Source: an uncultured Acidimicrobiales bacterium
GTDB taxonomy: Bacteria > Actinomycetota > Acidimicrobiia > Acidimicrobiales > UBA10347
Assembly: GCA_937991435.1 (NCBI GenBank)
Contig: CALKPY010000028.1
Span: 15,924-79,923, forward strand
Length of the DNA stretch: 64,000 nt
Direction of reading: 5' to 3'
Shown here: positions 17,821 to 26,052 of the stretch, in pieces
Position numbering within the stretch: position 1 is the stretch's first letter
Layout: the number at the start of each line of letters is the position of its first letter
Notes under the pieces: generated by a model
Seen by the model: only the letters and a program-made list of their open reading frames with translations
What the model was told of the DNA's origin: nothing
Databases searched by the model: none
Program-made: the position numbers and the translations under genes

Positions 17821-18148
17821 GACCTCTTCGCACGAGATTCGCATTGACACGATCGTGTTGGGTGACCGGCTCGACGCGCTACGGGCGGTGGAATTGCGTG
17901 AACAGATCACCGCGGCGGTCGCCGGCGGCACCGTTCGCATCATCGTCGATTTGTCGACCACCCAATTTGTCGACAGTGCAGGGCTTGCAGCGCTGGCCAA
18001 AGGCATGAAGGACTGTCGCTCAGGCGGCGGCGATCTGAGGGTTGTTTCGTCGCAGCACCCAGATGCCGCCCGCGTGTTCGCTCTCACGCGCTTCGATCAA
18101 GTGTTCGTGATGGCCGAATCCGCCGATGACCTGTTGCGAACCTGGTAG
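17810..18148 (+). CDS. STAS-domain anti-sigma-factor antagonist-like protein (second copy)
   Basis: ORF 17693..18148 is trimmed to the ATG at 17810, preceded by GAAAGGAAG. It overlaps the upstream gene by 11 nt. It carries the motif QFVDSAGLAALA. Confidence 0.8.
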   Translation: MTLETSSHEIRIDTIVLGDRLDALRAVELREQITAAVAGGTVRIIVDLSTTQFVDSAGLAALAKGMKDCRSGGGDLRVVSSQHPDAARVFALTRFDQVFVMAESADDLLRTW

Positions 18149-18154
18149 TCCGCA

Positions 18155-18529
18155 GTGGCTCACCTTCTCGTCATCGACGATGACCCCGTCAGCTTGCTTG
18201 TGGCTGAACATATTTTGCGCGGCGCCTCTCATGATGTCAGCACAGCAACAGGCGCACAGTCCGCGCGTGCAGCGCTGCGCGATGCCAACGCCGTGATCGA
18301 TCTCGTTGTGTGCGACGTGCATATGCCGGGCGAGTCCGGCTTCGACCTGCTCGATTCGTTGACCCGAAGCGAAACCCCAGTGCCACCTTTTCTTATGCTT
18401 ACCGGTGTTCGAGATGAGGCCGAACGAGGTAATAGCCGTGCCGATTCCGCCGCTGGCTACTTGACCAAGCCAGTTCGGTCAGAAGATCTTCTCAACGCGG
18501 TCGAGTCAATACTCCAAAGCTCGTTCTGA
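18155..18529 (+). CDS. Single-domain response regulator (CheY-like receiver only)
   Basis: The GTG start lies 6 nt after the STAS stop. Receiver motifs are LLVIDDD, DLVVCDVHMPGESG and YLTKPV. At 124 aa it has no output domain. Confidence 0.85.
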   Translation: MAHLLVIDDDPVSLLVAEHILRGASHDVSTATGAQSARAALRDANAVIDLVVCDVHMPGESGFDLLDSLTRSETPVPPFLMLTGVRDEAERGNSRADSAAGYLTKPVRSEDLLNAVESILQSSF

Positions 18530-18607
18530 GTCGAGTTGCCGGGAACGGTCGCAACCCTGCTCGTCTCGGACTGTTCCCGTCTTCGATCCGCGCAGTAGCG
18601 TCACAGC

Positions 18608-19363
18608 ATGGATCTTCGACTTGATGGCAAAACAGCACTCGTAACGGGCGGTTCGCGTGGCATCGGCAAAGCCATTGCCAAGTCCTTCGTCGACTCTGGA
18701 GCTCGGGTCATGATCACGAGCCGCAAAGCCGAAAGCTGCGAAGCGACCGCGAACGAGATTGGTTGCGACTACGAAGCTGGTCACGTGGGCAAGCCCGAAG
18801 ACGCCGAACGGGTCGTCGATGCTTGCTTGGAGCGTCTCGGCGGGGTCGACATTCTCGTCAACAATGCCGCTACGAATCCGTATGCGGGTCCAACGATCGA
18901 CGTCGATGTTCCGAGGTGGAACAAGACACTAGAGGTCAACCTGACAGCGCCGCTCATGTGGAGCCAGCTGACATGGAACAAGTGGCAGAAACAAAACCCG
19001 GGCGGCTCGATCATCAACATCTCATCGGTCGGTGGACTCAGCACCAACCCAGCACTAGGCGTGTACGACGTGACCAAGGCTGCGCTTATTCATCTGACCA
19101 AGCAGCTCGCCGCCGAACTCGCCCCCAACGTACGAGTCAACGCCCTCGCTCCGGGTCTCGTAAAAACCGATTTCGCCAAGTACCTGTGGGAAGACGGCAA
19201 GGGTGACGAGGTCGCCGAGATCTATCCCCTCAAGCGTCTCGGCGAGCCCGAAGACATTGCGTCGGCCGCGACCTGGCTCGCCGCCGACAGCGGTCGCTGG
19301 ATCACTGGGCAGACAATCGTGCTCGACGGTGGCGGATTGATCGCCTTCCCCCGCGGCCAGTAG
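18608..19363 (+). CDS. Short-chain dehydrogenase/reductase (FabG-like)
   Basis: Motifs are TGGSRGIGKAIA, NNAA and YDVTKAA (YxxxK). The protein is 251 aa. Confidence 0.88.
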   Translation: MDLRLDGKTALVTGGSRGIGKAIAKSFVDSGARVMITSRKAESCEATANEIGCDYEAGHVGKPEDAERVVDACLERLGGVDILVNNAATNPYAGPTIDVDVPRWNKTLEVNLTAPLMWSQLTWNKWQKQNPGGSIINISSVGGLSTNPALGVYDVTKAALIHLTKQLAAELAPNVRVNALAPGLVKTDFAKYLWEDGKGDEVAEIYPLKRLGEPEDIASAATWLAADSGRWITGQTIVLDGGGLIAFPRGQ

Positions 19364-19367
19364 TCGA

Positions 19368-19392
19368 GCGACGCCCCGCCGCGTCGTTAATT
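19368..19392 (+). terminator. Possible weak intrinsic terminator after the SDR gene
   Basis: The stem is CGACGC (19369-19374) paired with GCGTCG (19381-19386), with loop CCCGCC, followed by TTAATT. The stem is short, so this is tentative. Confidence 0.3.
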
Positions 19393-19430
19393 GACGCGTC
19401 AGCACTACGTCGGGTCCATAGGCTCTGGCA

Positions 19431-22337
19431 ATGGCCGAACCCGCATCGACCGACATCCCCGAGTGGCGCTATAACGCTGACCTCGCGCAAGGCATCGAAC
19501 GCAGGTGGCAAGACCACTGGGACGAGCACAAAACGTTCGAGACGCCGAACCCATCAGGTCCGCTCGCCGACCCCGAAGCTCTGGCCGCTCGCGGCGAAAA
19601 ACTATTCGTGCTCGACATGTTTCCGTACCCCTCGGGAAGCGGACTACACGTCGGCCACCCGCTCGGCTACATCGGCACCGACTGTTACAGCCGGTTCGAG
19701 CGCATGCGGGGCCGCAACGTGCTCTACACGATGGGCTTCGATGCCTTTGGCCTGCCCGCAGAACAGTTCGCGGTACAGACCGGCCAGCACCCGGCAATCA
19801 CCACCAACGACAACATTGCCAACATGCGTCGCCAGCTTCGCCGGCTGGGGCTCAGCCACGACAAGCGCCGCAGCATTTCGACCACTGATCCGGCCTACTA
19901 CCGCTGGACTCAATGGATCTTCAGGACCGTGTTCGAAGCGTGGTACGACCCCGACGCACAAAAAGCGCGACCCATCTCTGAACTGATCGACGAGTTCACC
20001 GAAGGAACCCGCGCTCTACCCTCAGGCGGGCAGTGGAGCGACCTCGACAGCGCGGAACAAGCAGCGGTGCTCGACGACTACCGGCTCGCGTACGCAGCAG
20101 AAGCGCCCGTCAACTGGTGTCCGGGCCTGGGCACCGTTGTCGCCAACGAAGAAGTCACCGCTGACGGCCGTAGCGACCGCGGGAACTTCCCGGTATTCAA
20201 ACGCAACATGCGCCAATGGATGATGCGCATAACGTCGTACGCCGATCGTCTGCTCGATGATCTCGAGCTGCTCGACTGGACCGACGCAATCAAGGCAATG
20301 CAGCGCAACTGGATCGGCCGCTCCGAAGGCGCCGCGGTTACGTTTGCATCTGAAGCAGGCCCAATCAGCGTCTTCACGACCCGACCCGACACCCTGTTTG
20401 GCGCCACGTTCATGGTGCTGGCTCCCGAGCACGAACTCGTCTCGGCGCTGACCACCGCCGACCGGGCCGAAGCTGTGGCCGCGTATCAGGCCGCTGCCGA
20501 CGCCAAGAAAGACATCGAGCGCCAAGACGAAACGCGCGAAAAGACCGGCGTATTCACCGGAAGCACCGCCACCAACCCCGTTACCGGCGAGCAGATCCCG
20601 GTATGGATCGCCGACTATGTACTCATGGGCTACGGCACCGGCGCCATCATGGCTGTGCCGTGTGGCGACCAGCGTGACTTTGAGTTCGCTCGCAAGTTCG
20701 GGCTCGACATTCCGGCCATTCAACAACCGCCAAGGACGTGGTTCGAAGAACACCACATCGCCCCCAGCCTCGACACGGCCACATGGCCAATGGCCTTTGT
20801 CGGCAATGCCCCGTACGTCAACTCGAGCAACGCAGGCTCATTAGAGCATGCCAAAGGCGCCTTGACGACTTGGGTCGAAGGTTCACCACCGCCCAACGTT
20901 CTCGATCTGAATGGGCTGGCCGACGTACCCACCGGTGTCGCCACCACCAATGCCTGGTTGAGCGCCAACGATCACGGCGAAGCGACCATCAACTACAAGT
21001 TGCGCGATTGGTTGTTCAGCCGTCAGCGTTACTGGGGCGAACCGTTCCCGATCGTCTATGACGAGAACGGGACCGCGCACAGCCTGCCCGAAGACATGCT
21101 TCCGGTGCTGCTGCCCGAGACCGACAACTTTTCGCCGCGGACCTTCGACGCTGACGACGCAGCTTCCAACCCAGAGAGCCCACTCGACCGGCTCGATGAT
21201 TGGGCAAACGTTGAGCTCGACCTGGGCGACGGGCCAAAGATGTACCGCCGCGACACCAATGTCATGCCACAGTGGGCCGGCTCTTGCTGGTACGAAATGC
21301 GCTACCTCGACCCGACCAATGAAGAACGATTCGTCGACCCCACAGTCGAGCAGTACTGGATGGGACCACAGACCGACGTGCGCCCAGACCATCCCGGTGG
21401 CGTCGACCTCTACGTCGGCGGCGTTGAACACGCCGTTTTGCACCTGCTCTACGCCCGTTTCTGGCACAAAGTGCTGCACGACCTGGGCCACGTCAGCTCG
21501 CGCGAACCGTATGCCCGACTGTTCAACCAGGGCTACATCTTGGCGGCTGCGTTCAAAGATGAACGTGAGATCTATGTCGAAGCGACCGAGGTCGACGAGC
21601 GCGATGGCGAGTGGTTCCTCGGCGATGTACCCGTCAGCCGCGAGTGGGGCAAGATGGGCAAGAGCCTGAAAAATGCTGTCTCGCCCGACGACATGTACGA
21701 CACCTACGGCGCCGACACCCTGCGTCTCTATGAGATGGCCATGGGGCCGCTCGACGCGTCGCGACCGTGGGAAACCCGCGACGTCGTGGGCATGTACCGC
21801 TTCCTTCAGCGAGTGTGGCGCAACGTCGTCGATGAAGACACCGGCGAGTTGTGCACAACCGACGACGAGCCCGATGCTGAAACGACCCGCCTGTTGCACG
21901 TCACGATCGACTCGGTCAGCACCGAGATGTCGCACCTGCGTTTCAATACCGCCATCGCCAAGCTCATCGAGCTCAACAATCACCTCACCAAGCTCGACGC
22001 TGTCCCCAAGGCCATCGCCGAGCCGTTGGTTCTCATGCTGGCGCCGCTTGCCCCTCACGTTGCTGAAGAGTTGTGGTTGCGCTTGGGTAACACTGAGACA
22101 CTGACCTACGAGTCGTTCCCTGTCGCCGATCCTGCGCTTCTCATCTCTGATGAGGTCGAATACCCCGTGCAGGTCAACGGCAAGGTTCGCGCTCGCATCG
22201 TCGTCGCTGCCGATGCACCGAGTGACGCAATCGAAGCCGCTGCTCTCGCCGAAGAAAACGTGGCCCGCACCCTCGACGGGGCGACCCCAAAGAAAGTCAT
22301 CGTTGTACCCGGGCGCATGGTCAACATCGTCGTGTGA
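19431..22337 (+). CDS. leuS: Leucine--tRNA ligase
   Basis: The 968-aa protein has a HIGH-type motif (HVGHPLGY), a KMSKS-type motif (KMGKSLKN), and class I LeuS signature stretches ([17 protein letters not shown]). Confidence 0.97.
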   Translation: MAEPASTDIPEWRYNADLAQGIERRWQDHWDEHKTFETPNPSGPLADPEALAARGEKLFVLDMFPYPSGSGLHVGHPLGYIGTDCYSRFERMRGRNVLYTMGFDAFGLPAEQFAVQTGQHPAITTNDNIANMRRQLRRLGLSHDKRRSISTTDPAYYRWTQWIFRTVFEAWYDPDAQKARPISELIDEFTEGTRALPSGGQWSDLDSAEQAAVLDDYRLAYAAEAPVNWCPGLGTVVANEEVTADGRSDRGNFPVFKRNMRQWMMRITSYADRLLDDLELLDWTDAIKAMQRNWIGRSEGAAVTFASEAGPISVFTTRPDTLFGATFMVLAPEHELVSALTTADRAEAVAAYQAAADAKKDIERQDETREKTGVFTGSTATNPVTGEQIPVWIADYVLMGYGTGAIMAVPCGDQRDFEFARKFGLDIPAIQQPPRTWFEEHHIAPSLDTATWPMAFVGNAPYVNSSNAGSLEHAKGALTTWVEGSPPPNVLDLNGLADVPTGVATTNAWLSANDHGEATINYKLRDWLFSRQRYWGEPFPIVYDENGTAHSLPEDMLPVLLPETDNFSPRTFDADDAASNPESPLDRLDDWANVELDLGDGPKMYRRDTNVMPQWAGSCWYEMRYLDPTNEERFVDPTVEQYWMGPQTDVRPDHPGGVDLYVGGVEHAVLHLLYARFWHKVLHDLGHVSSREPYARLFNQGYILAAAFKDEREIYVEATEVDERDGEWFLGDVPVSREWGKMGKSLKNAVSPDDMYDTYGADTLRLYEMAMGPLDASRPWETRDVVGMYRFLQRVWRNVVDEDTGELCTTDDEPDAETTRLLHVTIDSVSTEMSHLRFNTAIAKLIELNNHLTKLDAVPKAIAEPLVLMLAPLAPHVAEELWLRLGNTETLTYESFPVADPALLISDEVEYPVQVNGKVRARIVVAADAPSDAIEAAALAEENVARTLDGATPKKVIVVPGRMVNIVV

Positions 22338-22406
22338 TCTCGGCGTTGAATCTCAGACGAAACTGAACTTCGATCTAATCGTCGCGGCACCGTAGGGTTA
22401 GACGTC

Positions 22407-23264
22407 GTGTCACCTTCGCCTCACAATCCCGAGCTTCATCGCGTGGCTTCCACCCACGACGTCGACCTGGCACTTCACCATTTCGGCGGAAGCGGACCCA
22501 CGCTGATGCTCTGTCACGCAACCGGGTTCAACGCCACGACGTACCGACCGCTCGCCCAGTCGTTCGTCGAACATTTCGATGTGTGGGGCCTGGACTTTCG
22601 CGCCCACGGACAGTCGACGCCACCCGCAAACGACGAGTTCGACTGGACCAACATGGCAGACGACGTACTCGCCGTCGTCGACTACATGGGCGTGTCGGCG
22701 ATGAACGGCTTCGGACACTCGATGGGGGCCGCCGCACTCATGATCGCCGCAGCAAAACGGCCAGAACTCATCGCCTCAGCCTGGATCTATGAGCCGATCA
22801 TCTTCCCGCCTGACCTCGTTCCTCACAACAGCACCCTGGCCGAAGGCGCTCGCAAAAGACGCTCAGTTTTTCCTTCAAAGGCCGAAGCCCTCGCCCGCTA
22901 CGCCAGTCGACCACCATTCGGTTGGGTTCGGGCTGATGCGTTGGCCGCCTATGTCGACGGCGGTTTCATCGAGCAGGCCGATGGCACGGTGACGTTGGCC
23001 TGCACCGGCGCACACGAGGCGATGACCTTTGAACGAGCTGGCACACCGGTGAGCGATATCGCCACCGTGGCGGCGCCGGTGGCGGTAGCAGCCGGTCTCG
23101 ACACGCCGCTTGCGGACCACCCCGGCACTTGGAGCCCGGCGATCGCCGACGCACTGCCAAACGGAACCTATGTCGAGTACGCCGAATACGGACACTTCGG
23201 GCCGCTGCAAGACCCTCGCATCATCGCCCGAGACGCAATCGAGTTCTTTGCTGCTGTTTCATAG
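22407..23264 (+). CDS. Alpha/beta hydrolase
   Basis: It has the nucleophile elbow GHSMGAA and HGQS after strand 3. The protein is 285 aa with a GTG start. Confidence 0.8.
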   Translation: MSPSPHNPELHRVASTHDVDLALHHFGGSGPTLMLCHATGFNATTYRPLAQSFVEHFDVWGLDFRAHGQSTPPANDEFDWTNMADDVLAVVDYMGVSAMNGFGHSMGAAALMIAAAKRPELIASAWIYEPIIFPPDLVPHNSTLAEGARKRRSVFPSKAEALARYASRPPFGWVRADALAAYVDGGFIEQADGTVTLACTGAHEAMTFERAGTPVSDIATVAAPVAVAAGLDTPLADHPGTWSPAIADALPNGTYVEYAEYGHFGPLQDPRIIARDAIEFFAAVS

Positions 23265-23404
23265 TCTCGATGAAGCGAGTCAGCCTATGGCTTGAAATTT
23301 CAGATCGACGAGCACGTGAACGAGCCCATCGGTGGCACCCCCTCGTCGCGCTTCCAAGCTGAGGTTCCACGGCCCGCGCCGATCGTGGTTAGGTACGCTG
23401 CGGC

Positions 23405-24025
23405 GTGTCCGCCGTGCTGCTTCTGGCCGCTCTGATAGCCGCCGTCTGCGACTGGTGGTCGGTCAGTACGCAACGCCAAAATGTCGAACAGCTCGCCAAG
23501 CCGCTGGTAATGCTGTGCCTGATCGCCGCCGTGCTTGTCAGCAGCGATCTCGATTTTCTGGTCAGGGTGTTCGTGCTGGGGGCTCTCTCACTGGGCCTGG
23601 CGGGTGATGTCTTTCTGCTTCCTCAATACGACCGATTCCTTGCCGGGCTGGCATCGTTCGCGGTTGGCCATGTGCTGTTCATTGCAGCATTCCTTCAGTA
23701 TTCGCTCGAGCGGTCAGGCCTGTTTTTGGGGGCTGCAGTTGGTTTAGTACTTGTTTCAACACTCGGGCGGCGCATCGTCGCAGCTACCCGGGGCTCAGCT
23801 CTGCATGTGCCAGTGATGGCGTATATCGCGATCATCGCCGTGATGGTTCTAACCGGTATCGGAACACCATCACGGGTCATTGCCGTTGGATCTGCGTTGT
23901 TCGCAGCGTCAGACGCACTGCTTGGATGGGATCGCTTTGTCGCTGTTCGCGACGACCGGCGAGTCTGGGTTCACGTGATGTATCACCTGGGACAGACAGC
24001 AATCGTTGCCGGACTCGTCACGTAG
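23405..24025 (+). CDS. YhhN-family (lysoplasmalogenase-like) membrane protein
   Basis: The 206-aa protein has about 7 hydrophobic helices. Motifs LAGDVFLL and SDALLGW are typical of YhhN. Confidence 0.7.
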   Translation: MSAVLLLAALIAAVCDWWSVSTQRQNVEQLAKPLVMLCLIAAVLVSSDLDFLVRVFVLGALSLGLAGDVFLLPQYDRFLAGLASFAVGHVLFIAAFLQYSLERSGLFLGAAVGLVLVSTLGRRIVAATRGSALHVPVMAYIAIIAVMVLTGIGTPSRVIAVGSALFAASDALLGWDRFVAVRDDRRVWVHVMYHLGQTAIVAGLVT

Positions 24026-24207
24026 ATCCTCGGTTCACTCATCGGCCGGCAGGAGTCAGACTTACCGCGGCGCGAAGCCGTGCTCATCGCTGACCGTCCG
24101 CGAAGGCTCGCCACGTTCGGATACTCGCGCTTGATCGACGAGTGACATCACCGTTGAACCAACAACTTGGTCACACCATCGCCTAAGGAGACGTCGGCGC
24201 ACCTACC

Positions 24208-25968
24208 GTGTTCGACGTGAGGGCGCTGAAATTGATCTGGCCATGGGCGCGCCCCTATCGCCGCTACGCGATTGGTGCCGTGCTGGCCTCGGCAGTTGGC
24301 GTACTTATCAATCTGTCGATTCCGCTCCTTACCTCTCGCATCATCGACGATGGCATCGCCGTCGGGAACCAAGGCCTTGTCACGAGCCTTGCCGTGACAA
24401 TGATCGTGCTGATACTTATCGCAATCACAGCCTCGGCATTGTCGAGCGTGCTCGCGGTGCGAATTGCGTTTCACACCACCACCGATCTTCGCCGCGACCT
24501 GTATGCGCACACCCAGAAGCTGTCATTCGCCAACCTTGACCGACTGAGCACCGGCGAAATTCTCACGCGTCTCACCAACGACATGACCAAAGTCACCCAG
24601 CTGCTCGGCATGACCTTCTCGTTCTTCACCCAGGTTCTGGTGATGTTCGTTGGCGCACTCAGCGCCATTGTGCTGATCGACGCGTCGCTCGTGGTCATCG
24701 TTGCGGTAATGATTCCTGTTATTGGCGTGCTGGTTGCCTTTGTTGTGTCGCAATCGAATGTGCTTTACGACGCTGTTCAGCGGCGTATCGATCGGCTCAA
24801 TACCGTGTTGCAAGAGAACATTCACGGTGCCGAAGTCATCAAGGCCTTTGTGCGCCAGGACCACGAGCGAGAACGCTTCGACGACGTCACTGACGACCTC
24901 GCTGGCCAGGCTGTCAAGGTCAATCAACTCGTGGCGTCACTGTTCCCAACACTGTTACTCATTTCCGGCCTAGGTGTCGCTGCGGTGTTGTGGCTCGGCG
25001 GCATCAAGGTGATCGACGGTGACCTCACCGAAGGCCAACTTGTTGCGTTCATCAGCTACATGACCATGGTCAGCATGCCAATGATGATGTTCGCCTTTCT
25101 GCAACCGACTATCTCGGCTGCGACAGCCTCAATGGCCCGTATCCATGAAGTTCTCGACGAGGTTCCTGCTGTTAGTGACGCTGACGCCGGAATCGACCTG
25201 AGCACGCAAGCCCGACCAGGCGACATCTCGTTTCGAAACGTTTCATTCGCGTACGAGGCCACAGACGCACACAGCGAACCCGAGGCTGCACTTCTCAACG
25301 TCACCTTTGACATAGCGCAAGGTTCAACCGTCGCTGTTCTTGGAGCTACAGGATCAGGCAAGTCCACCCTCGCTCATCTGATTCCCCGGTTCTACGACGT
25401 CACGGGCGGAAGCCTGTTCATTGGCGGAGTCGACGTGCGCGAACTCAGCAAAGACTCGCTGCGCCAGTCGATCGGTATCGCGCTGCAGCAACCCCAACTG
25501 TTCAGTGGCACGGTGATTGAGAATCTGCGCTATGCGCGGCCCGAAGCCACGCTCGAAGACATCGTTGCCGCGGCACAAGCCGCTCAAGCTCACGACTTCA
25601 TTGTGAATATGACCGAGGGCTATGAATCCCGAGTTGAGCAAAACGGCGCCAACTTGTCCGGTGGACAACGCCAACGAATTGCTATTGCCCGCACACTCGT
25701 AGCAAATCCGCAGATCCTGATCCTTGATGATTCCACCAGCGCTGTCGACCTCGAAACCGAAGCACGAATTCAACAGGCCTTATCAGAATTCGATAACCAA
25801 ACGGTGGTGATCGTGGCTCAGCGCATCAGTACCGCGCTTGGAGCCGATGAAATCATCGTGCTCGACGAGGGCCGCCTCGTGGCGCACGGCACCCACGCAA
25901 ACTTGGTGCAATCGAGTGAGATCTACCGAGACATCTTCCGTTCACAACTCGGCGAGCCCGTCCAGTGA
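24208..25968 (+). CDS. ABC exporter, fused permease/ATPase (first of a pair)
   Basis: The protein is 586 aa, with Walker A GATGSGKST, signature LSGGQRQR and Walker B LILDDSTS. Confidence 0.92.
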   Translation: MFDVRALKLIWPWARPYRRYAIGAVLASAVGVLINLSIPLLTSRIIDDGIAVGNQGLVTSLAVTMIVLILIAITASALSSVLAVRIAFHTTTDLRRDLYAHTQKLSFANLDRLSTGEILTRLTNDMTKVTQLLGMTFSFFTQVLVMFVGALSAIVLIDASLVVIVAVMIPVIGVLVAFVVSQSNVLYDAVQRRIDRLNTVLQENIHGAEVIKAFVRQDHERERFDDVTDDLAGQAVKVNQLVASLFPTLLLISGLGVAAVLWLGGIKVIDGDLTEGQLVAFISYMTMVSMPMMMFAFLQPTISAATASMARIHEVLDEVPAVSDADAGIDLSTQARPGDISFRNVSFAYEATDAHSEPEAALLNVTFDIAQGSTVAVLGATGSGKSTLAHLIPRFYDVTGGSLFIGGVDVRELSKDSLRQSIGIALQQPQLFSGTVIENLRYARPEATLEDIVAAAQAAQAHDFIVNMTEGYESRVEQNGANLSGGQRQRIAIARTLVANPQILILDDSTSAVDLETEARIQQALSEFDNQTVVIVAQRISTALGADEIIVLDEGRLVAHGTHANLVQSSEIYRDIFRSQLGEPVQ

Positions 25969-25975
25969 TCGCCAA

Positions 25976-26052
25976 CCAGATGACCGTCCACCAGATGACC
26001 GCCCACCAGATGACCGCCCACCAGATGGCTGGCACCAGATGACCGCCACCCA
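25976..26052. repeat. 15-bp tandem repeat (CCAGATGACCGCCCA), about 5 copies, between the two ABC genes
   Basis: Copies lie at 25976-25990, 25991-26005, 26006-26020, 26021-26034 (degenerate, 14 bp) and 26035-26049, plus a partial copy. All were read directly from the sequence. Confidence 0.9.

Noticed and set aside
19364-19430. T-box or other leader upstream of leuS
   Set aside because: Only 67 nt are available, which is too short for a T-box. The region instead shows a small hairpin and a -10-like box positioned for a leaderless start.
20883-22058. 391-aa ORF on the minus strand inside leuS
   Set aside because: It is fully antisense to an unambiguous leuS reading frame that carries the HIGH and KMSKS motifs. 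Its Arg/Gly/Val-rich composition is typical of stop-free antisense frames in high-GC DNA. It has no recognisable motif.
25838-26038. Upstream extension of the second ABC gene, including a PDDRPPDDRPPDDRPPDG stretch
   Set aside because: Starting at 25838 would require a 131-nt out-of-frame overlap with the first ABC gene. No start codon exists in that frame between the upstream stop and 26039. The Pro/Asp repeat is simply the 15-bp DNA repeat read in that frame.
25976-26052. Possibility that the short tandem repeat is a CRISPR array
   Set aside because: The units are 15 bp and directly abutting, with no spacers. No cas genes are nearby.
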